Shown: positions 32,054 to 43,737 of the stretch, in pieces
Layout: the number at the start of each line of letters is the position of its first letter
Numbering within the stretch: position 1 is the stretch's first letter
From: Coniocarpon cinnabarinum
Lineage: Eukaryota
Reading direction: 5' to 3'
Assembly: GCA_051942205.1 (NCBI GenBank)
Contig: JAVECO010000052.1
Span: 1-64,000, forward strand
Length of the DNA stretch: 64,000 bases
Program-made: the position numbers and the translations under genes
The notes under the pieces: generated by a model
The model's input: the letters and a program-made list of their open reading frames with translations, nothing else
Database searches by the model: none
Told to the model about the DNA's origin: nothing

Positions 32054-33439
32054 TCAAACCGCTACACCGACGTCACTCCGTCCCTTCGTCACGCCATCCC
32101 CGTTGATCCAGACCTCGTCTCCCGCGTTCAACGTCATCACTTCTGATTGTGTCCGTCCACCTTTGAGGCCTTTCCCGCCGCTGCCGCTCGTACTCGCACT
32201 TCGCGTCGTATTGCTACTCGCTCGTTTCCTCCTGCGTTCTTCCTCACGCGGGGCTTCCTCAAGCAGTCGCCTCACGTCGTCAATATGCCACTTCTTGACC
32301 CGCGTCCCTCGTGTCCCGACGCCAGTGTTCACTTTCTCCTCGTCGTGAGCGCCGACCCACACCTTTGCGAATAGGCGACGGGCGATCTCGAGTCCACCGG
32401 GCGATCCATGGCTGATGGCACCTCCCAAGTACCACGGGTTGGCAACTTCATCGAACGGATGGAAGAGCGCCGTCAATGGCAGCGCAGATGCTGAGAGTAA
32501 GTGCGACGACGCGTATGGCTCGACGCATTTGAAGGGAACACCATGTGGACTGTAGAGAATTGACAAGGTCTTTTCGCGGATGAGGCCAAGCGGATTGGTC
32601 GCATGTGTGAGGTTGAGCGTGGACGAGGAGATGTTGGAAATGCCGTTCAGACGGGAGCGTGACGAACCCGAGCCCGAGGTCGAAGGACGCCGAGAGGATG
32701 TGCTGCGGCTGCGAGAGCGGCTGCGAAGGCGCTTGCCGCTGCTTGTGGATGGGCGCGATGGCAGCGGCGGTGTCTCTGGTGGGCTTGGTGGGAAGATGTT
32801 GATTGGAGTGGGTGCAGAGATGGGCAGAGTAGTAGAAGAGGGTGATCGCGGGAGATTGATCGCAGAGCCTGTCTTTAAAGAAAGAGGAGAAGAGGGCGGG
32901 CGATACGTGAATCCGATGCCGTTATGTAACCCAGTGAGATCTCGCTTGGGTGCGAGCAGAGCAACGGTCACCTCGCCTGCACTGCCATTGTCCGACAGCG
33001 GTGGGATGCGAATCCGATAGAGCGTGTCTTCTTTGCGCTCGTCGAATCGCTTCATTGCTTCCACGTTCTCAGGGTAGAAATGATTCCATGACTTGATCTT
33101 CTTCGCTGCGGCAGAGGTGCCGAGGATGAGCGCTGGGCTCTCGGGCGACAGTTCCCGCAACGTCTCCCGGTGGCAGTGGTCTGGTTTGTCTTGAGAGATG
33201 ACGATGAGATCAGGCTCACAGGGCAGGTCGTTGATCGAATCCACGGAGGAGGGCGTGGTGTGGATGGTCTGCGCAAAGTGCTTGTTCAAAATGGTGCAGG
33301 AGCCAGTGAGCCATGGGTCAAGAAGAATGGTAAAGGATCCGGGGAAGGACCCGGGCGGGCTGTTGGAAGGCGCGAACGGCGGAGAGAAGATGAGGAAGAA
33401 GGAGGAGTCGGCGTTGAGGTGGGTTGTGTGGAGGGACAT
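32054..33439 (-). CDS. Metallo-beta-lactamase-fold hypothetical protein with a Ser/Pro/Arg-rich insertion
   Basis: 461-aa ORF with HLNADSSF, ILLDPWL, LIVISQDKPDHCH, YSPHG and WVGAHDE. Confidence 0.7.
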   Translation of the reverse strand: MSLHTTHLNADSSFFLIFSPPFAPSNSPPGSFPGSFTILLDPWLTGSCTILNKHFAQTIHTTPSSVDSINDLPCEPDLIVISQDKPDHCHRETLRELSPESPALILGTSAAAKKIKSWNHFYPENVEAMKRFDERKEDTLYRIRIPPLSDNGSAGEVTVALLAPKRDLTGLHNGIGFTYRPPSSPLSLKTGSAINLPRSPSSTTLPISAPTPINIFPPSPPETPPLPSRPSTSSGKRLRSRSRSRSTSSRRPSTSGSGSSRSRLNGISNISSSTLNLTHATNPLGLIREKTLSILYSPHGVPFKCVEPYASSHLLSASALPLTALFHPFDEVANPWYLGGAISHGSPGGLEIARRLFAKVWVGAHDEEKVNTGVGTRGTRVKKWHIDDVRRLLEEAPREEERRRKRASSNTTRSASTSGSGGKGLKGGRTQSEVMTLNAGDEVWINGDGVTKGRSDVGVAV

Positions 33440-35002
33440 GCTCTCGCAAGCACTGGTCTGGCTATGCCGCCGCAGTAGAGAACTCGAGCGCAGTTGGAAG
33501 AACGCTCAGAAGCACACCCGAAGCATCAGGTTGGTCTCGTGTAACGGGACAGCAGGTTCGCATTGATTGCGCAAAGCGATGAAATAAGAAAGCTATTTGC
33601 AGCAGACTTCCGGGAGGAACCAGGTGAATGGAAGAGCATGGTCAGCGCATGGGTCAGGCACAGATGACGGTGGAGTGCGTGGACAGCTGGGATATGGCAT
33701 CGGCACACACGAGCGCACAGCAGAGATGCAGATGAGGGACCTGCGCAGCTGAGTCTGAAGAATAGGTATGAGTGGCCGCGCTGGCGTTGGCGTTGGCGTA
33801 ATGCCTGCTGGGGTGCTGGGCATTGGGCCGGGGAAATGATCAATTGGAGTGGCAGACGAATGGAAATTCCACCCGACCGCTGTTCCCGCTAGGGCTGTAG
33901 CCTCCGTCCCGGCGCTCTCGATGGGGAAGGAGAGGAGAAGCGTTATTTGTCATAAACGCTTCGTGCGCTTCCCACTTGTTGGTCTTTACTCCACTCCTTT
34001 ACGAGCCTTCTCCACGTCGCATCACGTCGCATCACGCTCATCTCCTGCCCCTGCCTGGCATCTGCGCTCCTTCGCCCTCAGTCTTATTTGGCGCCACAGC
34101 TTCTACTTGAGCAGTGACGCGGGCCACCATCAAGCTGTTGAGCTGTTTCCTAAACACGTCGCAGCAAGATTTGAATTGTTGTCTTCTTGAATACGAATAG
34201 ACGCTTGTGCTTACAAACGTAAGAAGTATCTCTCTGGTTGCATTACAGCTTGCCCTTGGTCTCAATCACACCCGAACACATTGCGGGCCATGGTCAGTCG
34301 CGATTGCGGATCTTTTCAAGGCAGCCAAAACATCGCTCCCTGGCGTCCACAGAACCCTGTCAAGCGTTGGCGCTATATGGGATTCATATTACTTGTAATG
34401 TTGATCATTCGGCCGATGACGTACAGCTTTGCTTCATCACGATGCGATACGAATTGTCAACGTTCCCAAAAAGTTCACACTGGAGATGAGGACAGTCTGT
34501 AAGTAAATACCTAAAAAGGGTACTTTACACTAACGTCAACATTGCGCAACTCTGAAGTATCAGCAAGTGCTACTATAAGTGCTTTTCAAAGGCAGTATTG
34601 CTCATCACGAGGTATTTCGCCTGGGTTTACCAGGCATTTTGCTACATATGGCTGGACATCGCTCAACGTCGCAGACCTCCCCGCCACAGAGTATACCCGT
34701 AACCATTCAAAAGAAAAGCCTACTCACCTCATCCAGTAAAATTTCTGCGTTCCTGCTATGGCCGAAGTCTCATCTCCCTGCTCTCACCTCGGGAGACCTG
34801 CTTTACATTGCTCTTTGTCCACGTCTTCATAGCAAAAATGAGACCACATGAACTCGCGTAATATGGTTATGTCGTCTTAAAGTGCTCATGTTCATATGCT
34901 TGCAACTACAAGCGCTCCTCGTGGAGACTGCATCCTAATCATTCTTTCAGACAGCATTTCTGTAGCTACACGAATACACGGCGTGATCCCACAATTTTTG
35001 GG

Positions 35003-35509
35003 ATGGCATTGGACAGTGTCTACAGTTCAAACGTTCGATCGCGTTGCAGCTTCAAATACGCAGCAGAATTTCAGATCTACCTCACACCGGAGACTATATC
35101 TAATCACACCGCCGCTTGGAAGACCTGGCTCCTTCGAAACCTTCCCAAGTTTCTTGACTTTCTTGACGAAGATCCTCAACGACCCGATTTTAACAAGCCA
35201 ATCTGTGAGGTCCATCCAAGAAAGCCGCATGTAGTGAGGTTCAGACTGAAACGACGCTGGGGGCACTTCATTCCTGATGAAAGCTATTCATACGCCGGTG
35301 ACCGTCTTGGCGCGATGGGCTTGGTCGTAAAGCATCCTTTCTGGGCTCATGGCTCGCCATGCCAAACGCCGATGTGTCATTATCTAAAGCCTGAGACACC
35401 AGACACGATACCCCCACAAGCTCCTCTACATCCGACTTTGAGACCGTTGCCGCCTCTCCCTTCTGTACCGAATCGTCCTAGAGTCTTTTCGCTTCGATGC
35501 TGGTGTTGA
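35003..35509 (+). CDS. Hypothetical protein (orphan pair 2, copy a)
   Basis: 168-aa intronless ORF that aligns along most of its length with 36355-36819. Confidence 0.7.
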   Translation: MALDSVYSSNVRSRCSFKYAAEFQIYLTPETISNHTAAWKTWLLRNLPKFLDFLDEDPQRPDFNKPICEVHPRKPHVVRFRLKRRWGHFIPDESYSYAGDRLGAMGLVVKHPFWAHGSPCQTPMCHYLKPETPDTIPPQAPLHPTLRPLPPLPSVPNRPRVFSLRCWC

Positions 35510-36354
35510 GAATTGCATTCAACGTTTTGAGCACGGCGGGTCTGACGTACTGAGGCTAGTTTCTGAGACAACGACTGAGCAGTCCCCACTTTCACAATTT
35601 ATATTACTGTGCAAAGTAGTTGAGTGACTGCAGCAATGCATGTGCATCAAAAGTAGAGCATGTAGGCAAAATAGGCGCTGTTCGCAAATGTCGTCTGTCA
35701 ATGACCTGGTAGCCACTCGATCCCCAGCGCTTGATATTCTAACATTCCATTTCCTGTACGTCCGGCACTCGAAAATACACCCTATGGTCCTTCCAGAGAA
35801 GAGATGAGAGGTGTTGCACTTCATGTAGGAGGAATGAAGAGTCGCTCTTGCAGGACTCTGTTCGCTGATTACGCAATAAGCACTCGAGCAGCTTACATGA
35901 TCTGCTCGAACCGGATAGTATTTCAAGGACTGCGTGCATCATTCGCTTCTTTGACTACTTACCACATGTTGCTACTTTTCCTTTACTCACTTGCCTCGAA
36001 TGATCATTGAAGTACGGAATGTGGACAACTACCGTGACTTGTCACTGCCCTTTAATGAGAAGTGTCAACATGCTCAAGGCCCTTGGCAGACATCCTGACA
36101 ACTATCTTGCATCTTGTGGACTTTATTCGCATGCAGCGTACCGCCAACACAGCACAAGCAGCGCGCCAGCATCCATGCGATAGGTACGTTCTCACACTCT
36201 TCGCAGGTCCTTGAAACGCACCCTAGATCATGACTCAAGGAGTGCCAACCCGCCTAGCACCCTGAGGATTCCGCAGTGAGGTTTTTAAGCTCGGCTTGTC
36301 ACGTTCTTCGCAGTCACAAGCCATCCATCAAGGCCACCACCAACCAGATTTGGT

Positions 36355-36819
36355 ATGGCCTACACTACTAACGACGTCGAGAAAGAAAGCATCAGGACAC
36401 TGTGCAGCTTCAAGTACGCCGTCAAGTTCGAGGTCTATCTTACTGGCCGCGAAACAAACTATCCAGAACGCTGGCGATCCTGGCTTCTGGAGAACATGCC
36501 GCGCTTCCTCCAATTCCTCGACGAAGACCCCGCACGCCCTAACCCAGTTATTTGCGAAGTGCACCCCCGCAAACCGGAGGTCATCAGGGTTCGGCTGAAG
36601 AGGCGATGGGGACATTTCATTCCTGAGGTCGCGTACGAGTTTGCAGTGGTCCGTCTCAATCGCATGGGACTTCGACTGAGGGATCCCTATTGGACGAAGG
36701 TGTTCGCGTATAATACGCCGATGGCGTTTCACCTCAAGCCAGAGCATCGGAATTCGCTACCGCCATGTGGACCTTACGAAGGACCGTTGGCCGACTTGCC
36801 GCCGCGTCGCCAGCCTTGA
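36355..36819 (+). CDS. Hypothetical protein (orphan pair 2, copy b)
   Basis: 154-aa intronless ORF sharing CSFKYA, WLL.N.P.FL.FLDEDP.RP, ICEVHPRKP and RLKRRWGHFIP with copy a. Confidence 0.7.
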   Translation: MAYTTNDVEKESIRTLCSFKYAVKFEVYLTGRETNYPERWRSWLLENMPRFLQFLDEDPARPNPVICEVHPRKPEVIRVRLKRRWGHFIPEVAYEFAVVRLNRMGLRLRDPYWTKVFAYNTPMAFHLKPEHRNSLPPCGPYEGPLADLPPRRQP

Positions 36820-37465
36820 CATGCATGCATCCTTGATCGCATGTGCTATATCAGCCCGCCGCACGTATAATGAGCATGTCAGGGTGGTAGTAGAGATCGC
36901 ATACGATTGTTTGACCAGGCCTGTAGTATTTGAAAACTCAATGATACCTCAACCCGACCAATTGCTGTCCGCTACAGCAGACAATGGGCGGTTGCTATTT
37001 ACTGCGTGTGCGTCCTACTCTGCGATGGAGAACACGGTCCTGAGATGATATTGAAAAATCAGCTTGGCTATCACTTTCTGCATCAAATGTAGGGGCCCGG
37101 ATCTGCAGAAGTTGCCGAGCAATATCTTCTGGCACTGGCGGAGGGCGATTACAAAGTCACGTGATATCAACACATCGTCCGCCAAGCCGCGCTACAGCAA
37201 AACGTCACTCTCAGCCAATGAATGGACAGGTGATAAAACGATTCCATACACGCTCTTTATTAGAGCTTCGAATAACTTCTGACAACATATCTACTGATAT
37301 ACATTTTGATACCTCTACTAATCTGCAGTAGTGTTAGCAAATTGGAATAGATTGCATTGCTTAATTACCTTTTTCCCAACAACTGGACCAGGTACTAAAA
37401 TACGATAAAGATTTGTATGCTGGTGGTTTGAGGCGCAACTGAGGGGCCTGCGGTAGAAGTCCAAA

Positions 37466-38824
37466 ATGGTAGAGGTCAAGCCAAAGTCAGAGCCTGAGGC
37501 TCATGCGCTCGCTGAAAACCTGTACGTTGCTTGTCTTGCCAAGACAAGCATGCAATCATGGCGGCAAGAAGATCTGCTGGGACTGGGCATCGCCCCAGAC
37601 ATTAACGCTCTGATGCCCGCCGTCGCGATACTAATGCGCGAGAATAAATTCCAGCCGCTCCAGAGTGAGGGTAAGGCGGCGACATTCACTGTCCGAGGCC
37701 GTTCTGCAGCACAGAAATATGCCTCTATCAAAGATCAGAACGCTAGCTTGATCTACCGGACTATTGAGAATGCCGGAAAGGCCGGTGTGTGGAAGCAAAC
37801 GCTCAAGAAAAAACATAACTTGCATGAGAACATACTTGAGAAGGCCTTGAAATCCCTAATAAGCAGCAAGCACATTAAGCAACTCAAGACGGCGCGGAAT
37901 ACAGCCAAGAAGACGTATATTTTGTTTGAGCTCGAGCCAGGTACAGACGTGACGGGCGGTGCTTGGTTCAGCGAGGGAGAGATTGACTATGCGTTGATTG
38001 AGGGAGCATGCCAGCTGGCGGTTATGTTCATCCGCAGGCACAGCTGGATGCCTGGGCCGAAGCTGCCAAAGCTACCCAGCAAGGAAGTGGCGGCTAAAAA
38101 GAGAGCAGCGGAGAGCAAAGTAGGCGGCAAGAGAAAGCATGATCGCGACGACGAAGTTGATGAGCAAGGAGGAGCAAAGAAAGCCAAAGTAAACGGTGTC
38201 GCGCCTAATGCTGATGAACCGCAAGCTTCTGCGGGCGCTCAAGAGTATCAAGTAGATCCAGTGGAAGAAGCAAAAGTCCGTGAGCTTCGAGATTGCGCTG
38301 CAACGGACAATGGTCGGATCCTAGTCCCCTTTCCAGCCGGCTACGCGGACTATCCCACTGCTACCACAGTGCTAGACCACTTCGAGGAGACTGGAATTAT
38401 TGAGAAGGATCTTCAGGTCAAAGATGTAAGAGACATCCTCGAACGATGCGTCTATGACGGTCAGCTCGAGCGCATGCGGCTGAAAGGCAAGAATTTGATT
38501 CCCAAACGACAAGATGACAGCGAAAACGAAGAGGAGGCAGGCCGCGAGTCGCGCACAGCGGGACGAACCGTCAGCAAGACAGCAAGTAGAGAGGACGGAC
38601 AAGAAGATGACGCAGAAGACAACGTGGGATATCGCTGGGTGAGACGTCCTGACAAGGAGTGGCAAGGTGTCGGCGGTGACACATTCAGCTTTGACTTAGG
38701 CATGCAAATGTCGAAGAACGGGTTTAGTGAGACGCCATGCTCGAGGTGCCCCGTATTCAAGCTATGTACTGAAGGCGGGCCTGTTGATGCGAAAAGTTGC
38801 GATTATCTCAAGGAATGGTTTTGA
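37466..38824 (+). CDS. RPC34: RNA polymerase III subunit Rpc34 (C34/RPC6)
   Basis: Winged-helix region LIYRTIENAGKAGVW...LEPGTDVTGGAWFSEGEID and the C-terminal Cys cluster PCSRCPVFKLCTEGGPVDAKSCDYLKEW. Confidence 0.93.
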   Translation: MVEVKPKSEPEAHALAENLYVACLAKTSMQSWRQEDLLGLGIAPDINALMPAVAILMRENKFQPLQSEGKAATFTVRGRSAAQKYASIKDQNASLIYRTIENAGKAGVWKQTLKKKHNLHENILEKALKSLISSKHIKQLKTARNTAKKTYILFELEPGTDVTGGAWFSEGEIDYALIEGACQLAVMFIRRHSWMPGPKLPKLPSKEVAAKKRAAESKVGGKRKHDRDDEVDEQGGAKKAKVNGVAPNADEPQASAGAQEYQVDPVEEAKVRELRDCAATDNGRILVPFPAGYADYPTATTVLDHFEETGIIEKDLQVKDVRDILERCVYDGQLERMRLKGKNLIPKRQDDSENEEEAGRESRTAGRTVSKTASREDGQEDDAEDNVGYRWVRRPDKEWQGVGGDTFSFDLGMQMSKNGFSETPCSRCPVFKLCTEGGPVDAKSCDYLKEWF

Positions 38825-39130
38825 GGCCATCTGAAGATGCAACGACTGACGACTAACGAGCAACGAATGGGATACCCACAAAAGCAGGCACATGCCCATC
38901 ATCAAATGTACCTGAAGATCATCCACTAGATGCACCTGCACTAAATTGAGTTAGGATGGAAGCTCCCCACGTTAGCTATGCACGTCATACCTTGCGTCAA
39001 AAGAACCATCACTCAGGAATCGAAAACTTCGAAACACTGCAGTCCAGCAGTGCAATATCACAGGGCTCTCTCAAGAGCGCTACCATCCCCTCGAGGTCTT
39101 TTGAAGGGGTGTTGTACGCAACTACTTAGT

Positions 39131-39997
39131 ATGGCTTCCTCATGGCCACACGGAGCTCGCGGAGTGATCTCAATAACCATGGATAATATGGGTGAGGCCG
39201 CAGACTTGAATCGCAACCTTTGGCCGTCCTCAGAACCCATTGGCTCGCACTATTCCGTCACACGCGCATTACCTGAAATGCTCTCGCTCCTAGCTCAACA
39301 CAACATCCGTGGCACTTACTTTATAGAAGCCTGGAACTGCCACGTTTATCCAGATGCAATTCGTTCGGTTGCCAAGGCTGGCCACGAAGTAGCGTATCAC
39401 GCATGGCAACACGAGGTATGGTCGAGTCTGGACTCTCAGACGGAGATTGGAAATCTGAACAAGAGCTTAGAAGCTGTGGAGGCGCCAATGGGAAAGGGCT
39501 GGAGGTACAAAGGCTTCAGACCACCTGGTGGGCTAGTGACCGAGCGGACGTTAGGGCTGATGAAGGAGAGAGGGTTCAGATATTTGAGCCCGGCCGCAGA
39601 CAGGTGCGCAGTCGCGGAAGATGTGGCGATAGTGCCGTTTCGATGGAAGGAGATTGATGCGTATTACTACCTGCCATCCCTGGCGGCAGTGAGAAAGAGG
39701 GATGGGTTAGGGGAGGACGTGCTGGATGAGACGGCATTCAAAGAGACGCTGCTGAAGAGAATTGACGAAGTGTGTGCGAAGGGCGAGTATGCAGCGTTCT
39801 TGTTCCATCCGTTCCTCACGGCCGACGAGCAGAGGCTAAATGTCATGAGAGAAGTCTTATCAAAAGTGTCGAAGAAACGAGAGGACGGAGAGCTTTGGGT
39901 GGCGACGTGTGATGAGGTGGCAGACTGGGTGTTGCAACACAGGGAAGATTTCGGAAGCGATCCTGGATGGGATCGCGTGGAGTGGAAAACAAAATGA
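39131..39997 (+). CDS. Polysaccharide deacetylase family (CE4, PuuE/HpPgdA-like) protein, no signal peptide
   Basis: WPHGARGVISITMDN, GTYFIEAWN, GHEVAYHAWQHE, GFRPPGG and LFHPF. Likely start is ATG 39131; the ORF track extends it to 38978. Confidence 0.82.
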   Translation: MASSWPHGARGVISITMDNMGEAADLNRNLWPSSEPIGSHYSVTRALPEMLSLLAQHNIRGTYFIEAWNCHVYPDAIRSVAKAGHEVAYHAWQHEVWSSLDSQTEIGNLNKSLEAVEAPMGKGWRYKGFRPPGGLVTERTLGLMKERGFRYLSPAADRCAVAEDVAIVPFRWKEIDAYYYLPSLAAVRKRDGLGEDVLDETAFKETLLKRIDEVCAKGEYAAFLFHPFLTADEQRLNVMREVLSKVSKKREDGELWVATCDEVADWVLQHREDFGSDPGWDRVEWKTK

Positions 39998-40701
39998 ATG
40001 ATATAAGCTTTGGAATCGTAGCAAAACGACTTCTTTGCTTCGCTTCAGGACTGCCGCCCCTATCAACCCCTTGTAGCTATTTTCATTATCATTGCGGTTT
40101 TCTCTAAGGTCAGCTTGTTTTCTAAAGTGCGATCAAGCTACAGACATGATCAAGGAACCTAAGCGACCATTCGCCGCCTATACTTGAATACTAACTATCA
40201 TAACAGTACCCTTTGTCCGAGTCACCTTTCAAAGGTGGTCAGTGAAGACGCATTCTGTAGACGAATTCTTTCGCATCTGTGAATCTGATAATAAATACTC
40301 GCTCGTAAGAAGATTGACAAGACCGATCCCCTAAAAGGCCTGTTTGGGACAAATTTCTACCCCTCACAGCGTTTGGAAAGAGTTTGATTTAGTCCTTGGT
40401 CAAAACTCAAAAGCACTTCTCGACCCATGATGCCTACCAAAAGTCTTTCCCATATATCAAGAGGCAAGTCCATAACATGTAGGAATGATGTTCGGAGCAT
40501 TTTGGACGTTGCTCATTGGCCGAGTGCGCGTGTTCCTTTCGTTCTGAAGATCAGCAGTGTTGCTATAGCAACCGCGAGATTTCGCCTCAACCTAGCAGAT
40601 CTGCCTCGGCGCGTTCGCTACGCGACATGGGACATCTTGCAAGATAAGAAACGTGTACGCGACGCGATTGGAATTTCTAGATTGTATGTGTTACTATCGC
40701 G

Positions 40702-43700
40702 ATGTCCACACTCGACGATCCTACACCGTGTCCTCGACCACGCCATGGCGCGATGAAGACTTCACGATTATCGATCCTTGGCTCTGCTGAGGCTTCCGTT
40801 GCACTCCCGGACGCGCCAAAGGTACCTGGCCTACGAGACGCTAAACCGCGTCGTCCAAAAAAGCGACAAAGTGTGGGATGGGATCCCACGATTGATATTT
40901 ATGATGATACTTTCGCACTCAAGCAGCCTGCGACAGCACAACATCAGCCTAAAGGGGAGGAAACACGCAGCACATCTGTCGTGAATCAGCAGCCAAATGC
41001 AAGAAGGACGAGTGCAATATTTGCGCAGCCGGCGCAAAGAGGCCCAATCGCTCCCAGTGGTGGAATGTCGAACAATATGAGTCCTAGGAAGAGGAGACTT
41101 TCCTCGGTTATAGAGCCAGGTGTGCTGGGAGCTGAAGCGAACGCCAGTCATGTCGGGACAAACATGGACGGAAAGACATCCATTCTGCAGAAAGAGGCAA
41201 GGCGGAGGACAATATATGTACCAAACGACACAACGGTATTCACAATACACCCCGGGGCTCCAATATCACACCACGGCAAGGAGGCACGCGGTTCGCGCAA
41301 GTCTGACGTGTTTCTTGACCTTGCAACGCTCGAGGAAGACGATAACGAGATGCGGCCTCAACAGAGCTCTCAGCAAGTGCAAGGCAGACGTGTTTCGAGA
41401 ACTTCCATATCAACAGCACCTCGGCGGGCTCCTTTGCAGATGAGCGGGCGACAACTGCAGCCGCAGGCAACACAGATCGATGTTGCTGGATCAGGAGGCG
41501 GCAAAGAGAATGTGCCACCGGGAGGTGCCATGCTTAAGAAGCTTGGAAAGCGAGCCAGTCTGATCTTCCCCGAAAAGCCTGTGGCCAGATCTCAGCCGAT
41601 GCTGGCCCCTGTAGGCGAGATCCCAGAAGAGCAGCCAGTTGAGCCCATGAAGGTTGAGAAGAAGACTGATGTGGTGCCCAAGGTCAGCATTTCAGCTTGT
41701 CAAAGTCGCGTAAGTGTCGGACCAAGAAGGCAGTCCTCAGCACAGCCAACGACAAGGCCGCGATCAAATGTTCATCGAGACTCACTTCTCAGCGGCCATT
41801 CGGCAAAGATGGGACAGAGCGGATTAGGACGAATACCAACGACGTTGAGCGTCCCACGGGTTTCAGTGCGTGCACCTTCAAGCTCTACTCCCTACACAGC
41901 ATTATCTGAGGATATAAAACATCCTGAAATGTATGAAGAAGATTGGCTGTCCCATCAGGAACAGTCCATCACCCAGCTTATCAATGGATTGTTTGACAAG
42001 GCCGCAAGAAGTAGTGCAACATTGACATCCAACAAGAGCGTTCGTCAGCAATTGATAGATATTTATCAATCCGCTGACAACGTCCTGCTTCATAAGAGAT
42101 TGCAGGCTTCTTTGCGTTTTGGTGCGTTAAGCATCGGACCAGAGACTCTTGTTCAGGTGGCTCGAATAAAGGATGATGTCGGACAGCGCCAGCGCTTTCT
42201 GGATCTATGGACGAAGACTTATGACTTAGAGGCATTGCAGACCGCTGCAGAAGTTGTCGTGGGTCGTCGACGGCTATCCTCACCACGAAACTCAGGTCAA
42301 GTCGAAGTAAACGATTCTCGGCGTGCGAAGTCGATATCCAAATTTCTTCAAACTTTCCTCATACAAAACGAAGATCTTGGAAATCGGAACTCAGTGATGC
42401 TGTCAAGCAATACGTCTAGTCAGCCAAATTTCAAGAGCCAAGATACGGCCCACTCCTGGCGAAGAACAGCACTACGCAGCTTGATGATCATACACCTTCT
42501 TGACATGGCCCAGCGCTCAGCAGCCTTCTCAGGTCGAAACTTATTCCAGAACTCCTCACCATACAAATCTTCAACAACTGTGCTGCAGGGTCTGTGCCGA
42601 CTTATCATTCCATCTGTTGGTGATGTGTCACGGGTCGTCAGTCACCTAGGATACCACCTCGAGCACGTCCAATACCCGCTCGAAGAATTCACCTACCAAA
42701 TAGACAACCTCGCGGTTGACCTTCGTGATGGGGTGCGACTCACAAGGCTCGTTGAGAGCTTGCTCTACCCGCATGGTTCACTGGAGCTAGAAAAGGATGA
42801 ATTGACAATGACGCTAGCTGGGGGAGATATTCTCACTAGTCGACCTGACTACAATGGCAACCAAGGAGATGCTTGGCCTCTTTCACAACACTTGAAATAC
42901 CCCTGCATCGGCAGACCCCAACGGATCTTCAATGTAGAGATTGCACTTGCTGCACTTGGGAGTGTTACTGACATTGATCAGTCGGTCCTAGAAGATGTTA
43001 AGGCCGCAGACATCGTTGACGGTCACCGGGAAAAGACAGTGAAGCTACTGTGGAGCTTAGTCAGTCGTTGGGGTCTGAACGCACTGGTTGACTTCGGGCT
43101 TGTGGAGGCTGAGACGAAGAGACTTCGTGGCATTCGTGAACGCCGACAAGCTTCACAGGAGGATTCAGTTGCAGCTATGAACGATGATCACGAGCAACGA
43201 TACGCCTCCGAAACTGAACGTTATTCAAAACAACTGCTCGTTTGGGTACAAGAAGTCGGGTATGGTCATGATTTGGATATCAGTAACCTGACGACTTCGT
43301 TTGCAGATGGCGCAGCATATCGCGCCATTGCAGCGGAATATGCTTCCAGCTTCACATCGGCGGTGGGTACAACAAATACAGATGGCTTGGATCAATTGTT
43401 GCGCTCTTTCGGATGCTCTCGAAGCTTTCTTCGGCTATTCACAGGCCTCTCCACCTGTCCCACCAAAACGACTACAGTCGCGCTCGTCTCCTTCCTCGCC
43501 TCTCACATCCTGCCTATCGCAGCGCCGCGTCATGCTGCACTCGCGCTCCAAAGAGCTTTCAGGAGCCGCCAAGCACGTCGAGAGACGAGGAGAAGGGTGG
43601 TTGCTAAGCGTCTTGCCGAGGAATGCGCTGCTGTTGTTCAGGCCCAACAAAAGCTTGTCGGAGCTGTGGTAACATTACAACGATGGTGGCGACAATGTGT

Positions 43701-43737
43701 TCTGGACCGAAGGCAGGGACGAAGACGCTGGGTATGA
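40702..43737 (+). CDS. ASPM/abnormal-spindle-like calponin-homology and IQ calmodulin-binding protein
   Basis: 1011-aa ORF with IDNLAVDLRDGVRLTRLVE, DIVDGHREKTVKLLW and ISNLTTSFADG (CH domains), plus C-terminal IQ-like motifs AALALQRAFR and AVVTLQRWWR. Confidence 0.85.
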   Translation: MSTLDDPTPCPRPRHGAMKTSRLSILGSAEASVALPDAPKVPGLRDAKPRRPKKRQSVGWDPTIDIYDDTFALKQPATAQHQPKGEETRSTSVVNQQPNARRTSAIFAQPAQRGPIAPSGGMSNNMSPRKRRLSSVIEPGVLGAEANASHVGTNMDGKTSILQKEARRRTIYVPNDTTVFTIHPGAPISHHGKEARGSRKSDVFLDLATLEEDDNEMRPQQSSQQVQGRRVSRTSISTAPRRAPLQMSGRQLQPQATQIDVAGSGGGKENVPPGGAMLKKLGKRASLIFPEKPVARSQPMLAPVGEIPEEQPVEPMKVEKKTDVVPKVSISACQSRVSVGPRRQSSAQPTTRPRSNVHRDSLLSGHSAKMGQSGLGRIPTTLSVPRVSVRAPSSSTPYTALSEDIKHPEMYEEDWLSHQEQSITQLINGLFDKAARSSATLTSNKSVRQQLIDIYQSADNVLLHKRLQASLRFGALSIGPETLVQVARIKDDVGQRQRFLDLWTKTYDLEALQTAAEVVVGRRRLSSPRNSGQVEVNDSRRAKSISKFLQTFLIQNEDLGNRNSVMLSSNTSSQPNFKSQDTAHSWRRTALRSLMIIHLLDMAQRSAAFSGRNLFQNSSPYKSSTTVLQGLCRLIIPSVGDVSRVVSHLGYHLEHVQYPLEEFTYQIDNLAVDLRDGVRLTRLVESLLYPHGSLELEKDELTMTLAGGDILTSRPDYNGNQGDAWPLSQHLKYPCIGRPQRIFNVEIALAALGSVTDIDQSVLEDVKAADIVDGHREKTVKLLWSLVSRWGLNALVDFGLVEAETKRLRGIRERRQASQEDSVAAMNDDHEQRYASETERYSKQLLVWVQEVGYGHDLDISNLTTSFADGAAYRAIAAEYASSFTSAVGTTNTDGLDQLLRSFGCSRSFLRLFTGLSTCPTKTTTVALVSFLASHILPIAAPRHAALALQRAFRSRQARRETRRRVVAKRLAEECAAVVQAQQKLVGAVVTLQRWWRQCVLDRRQGRRRWV

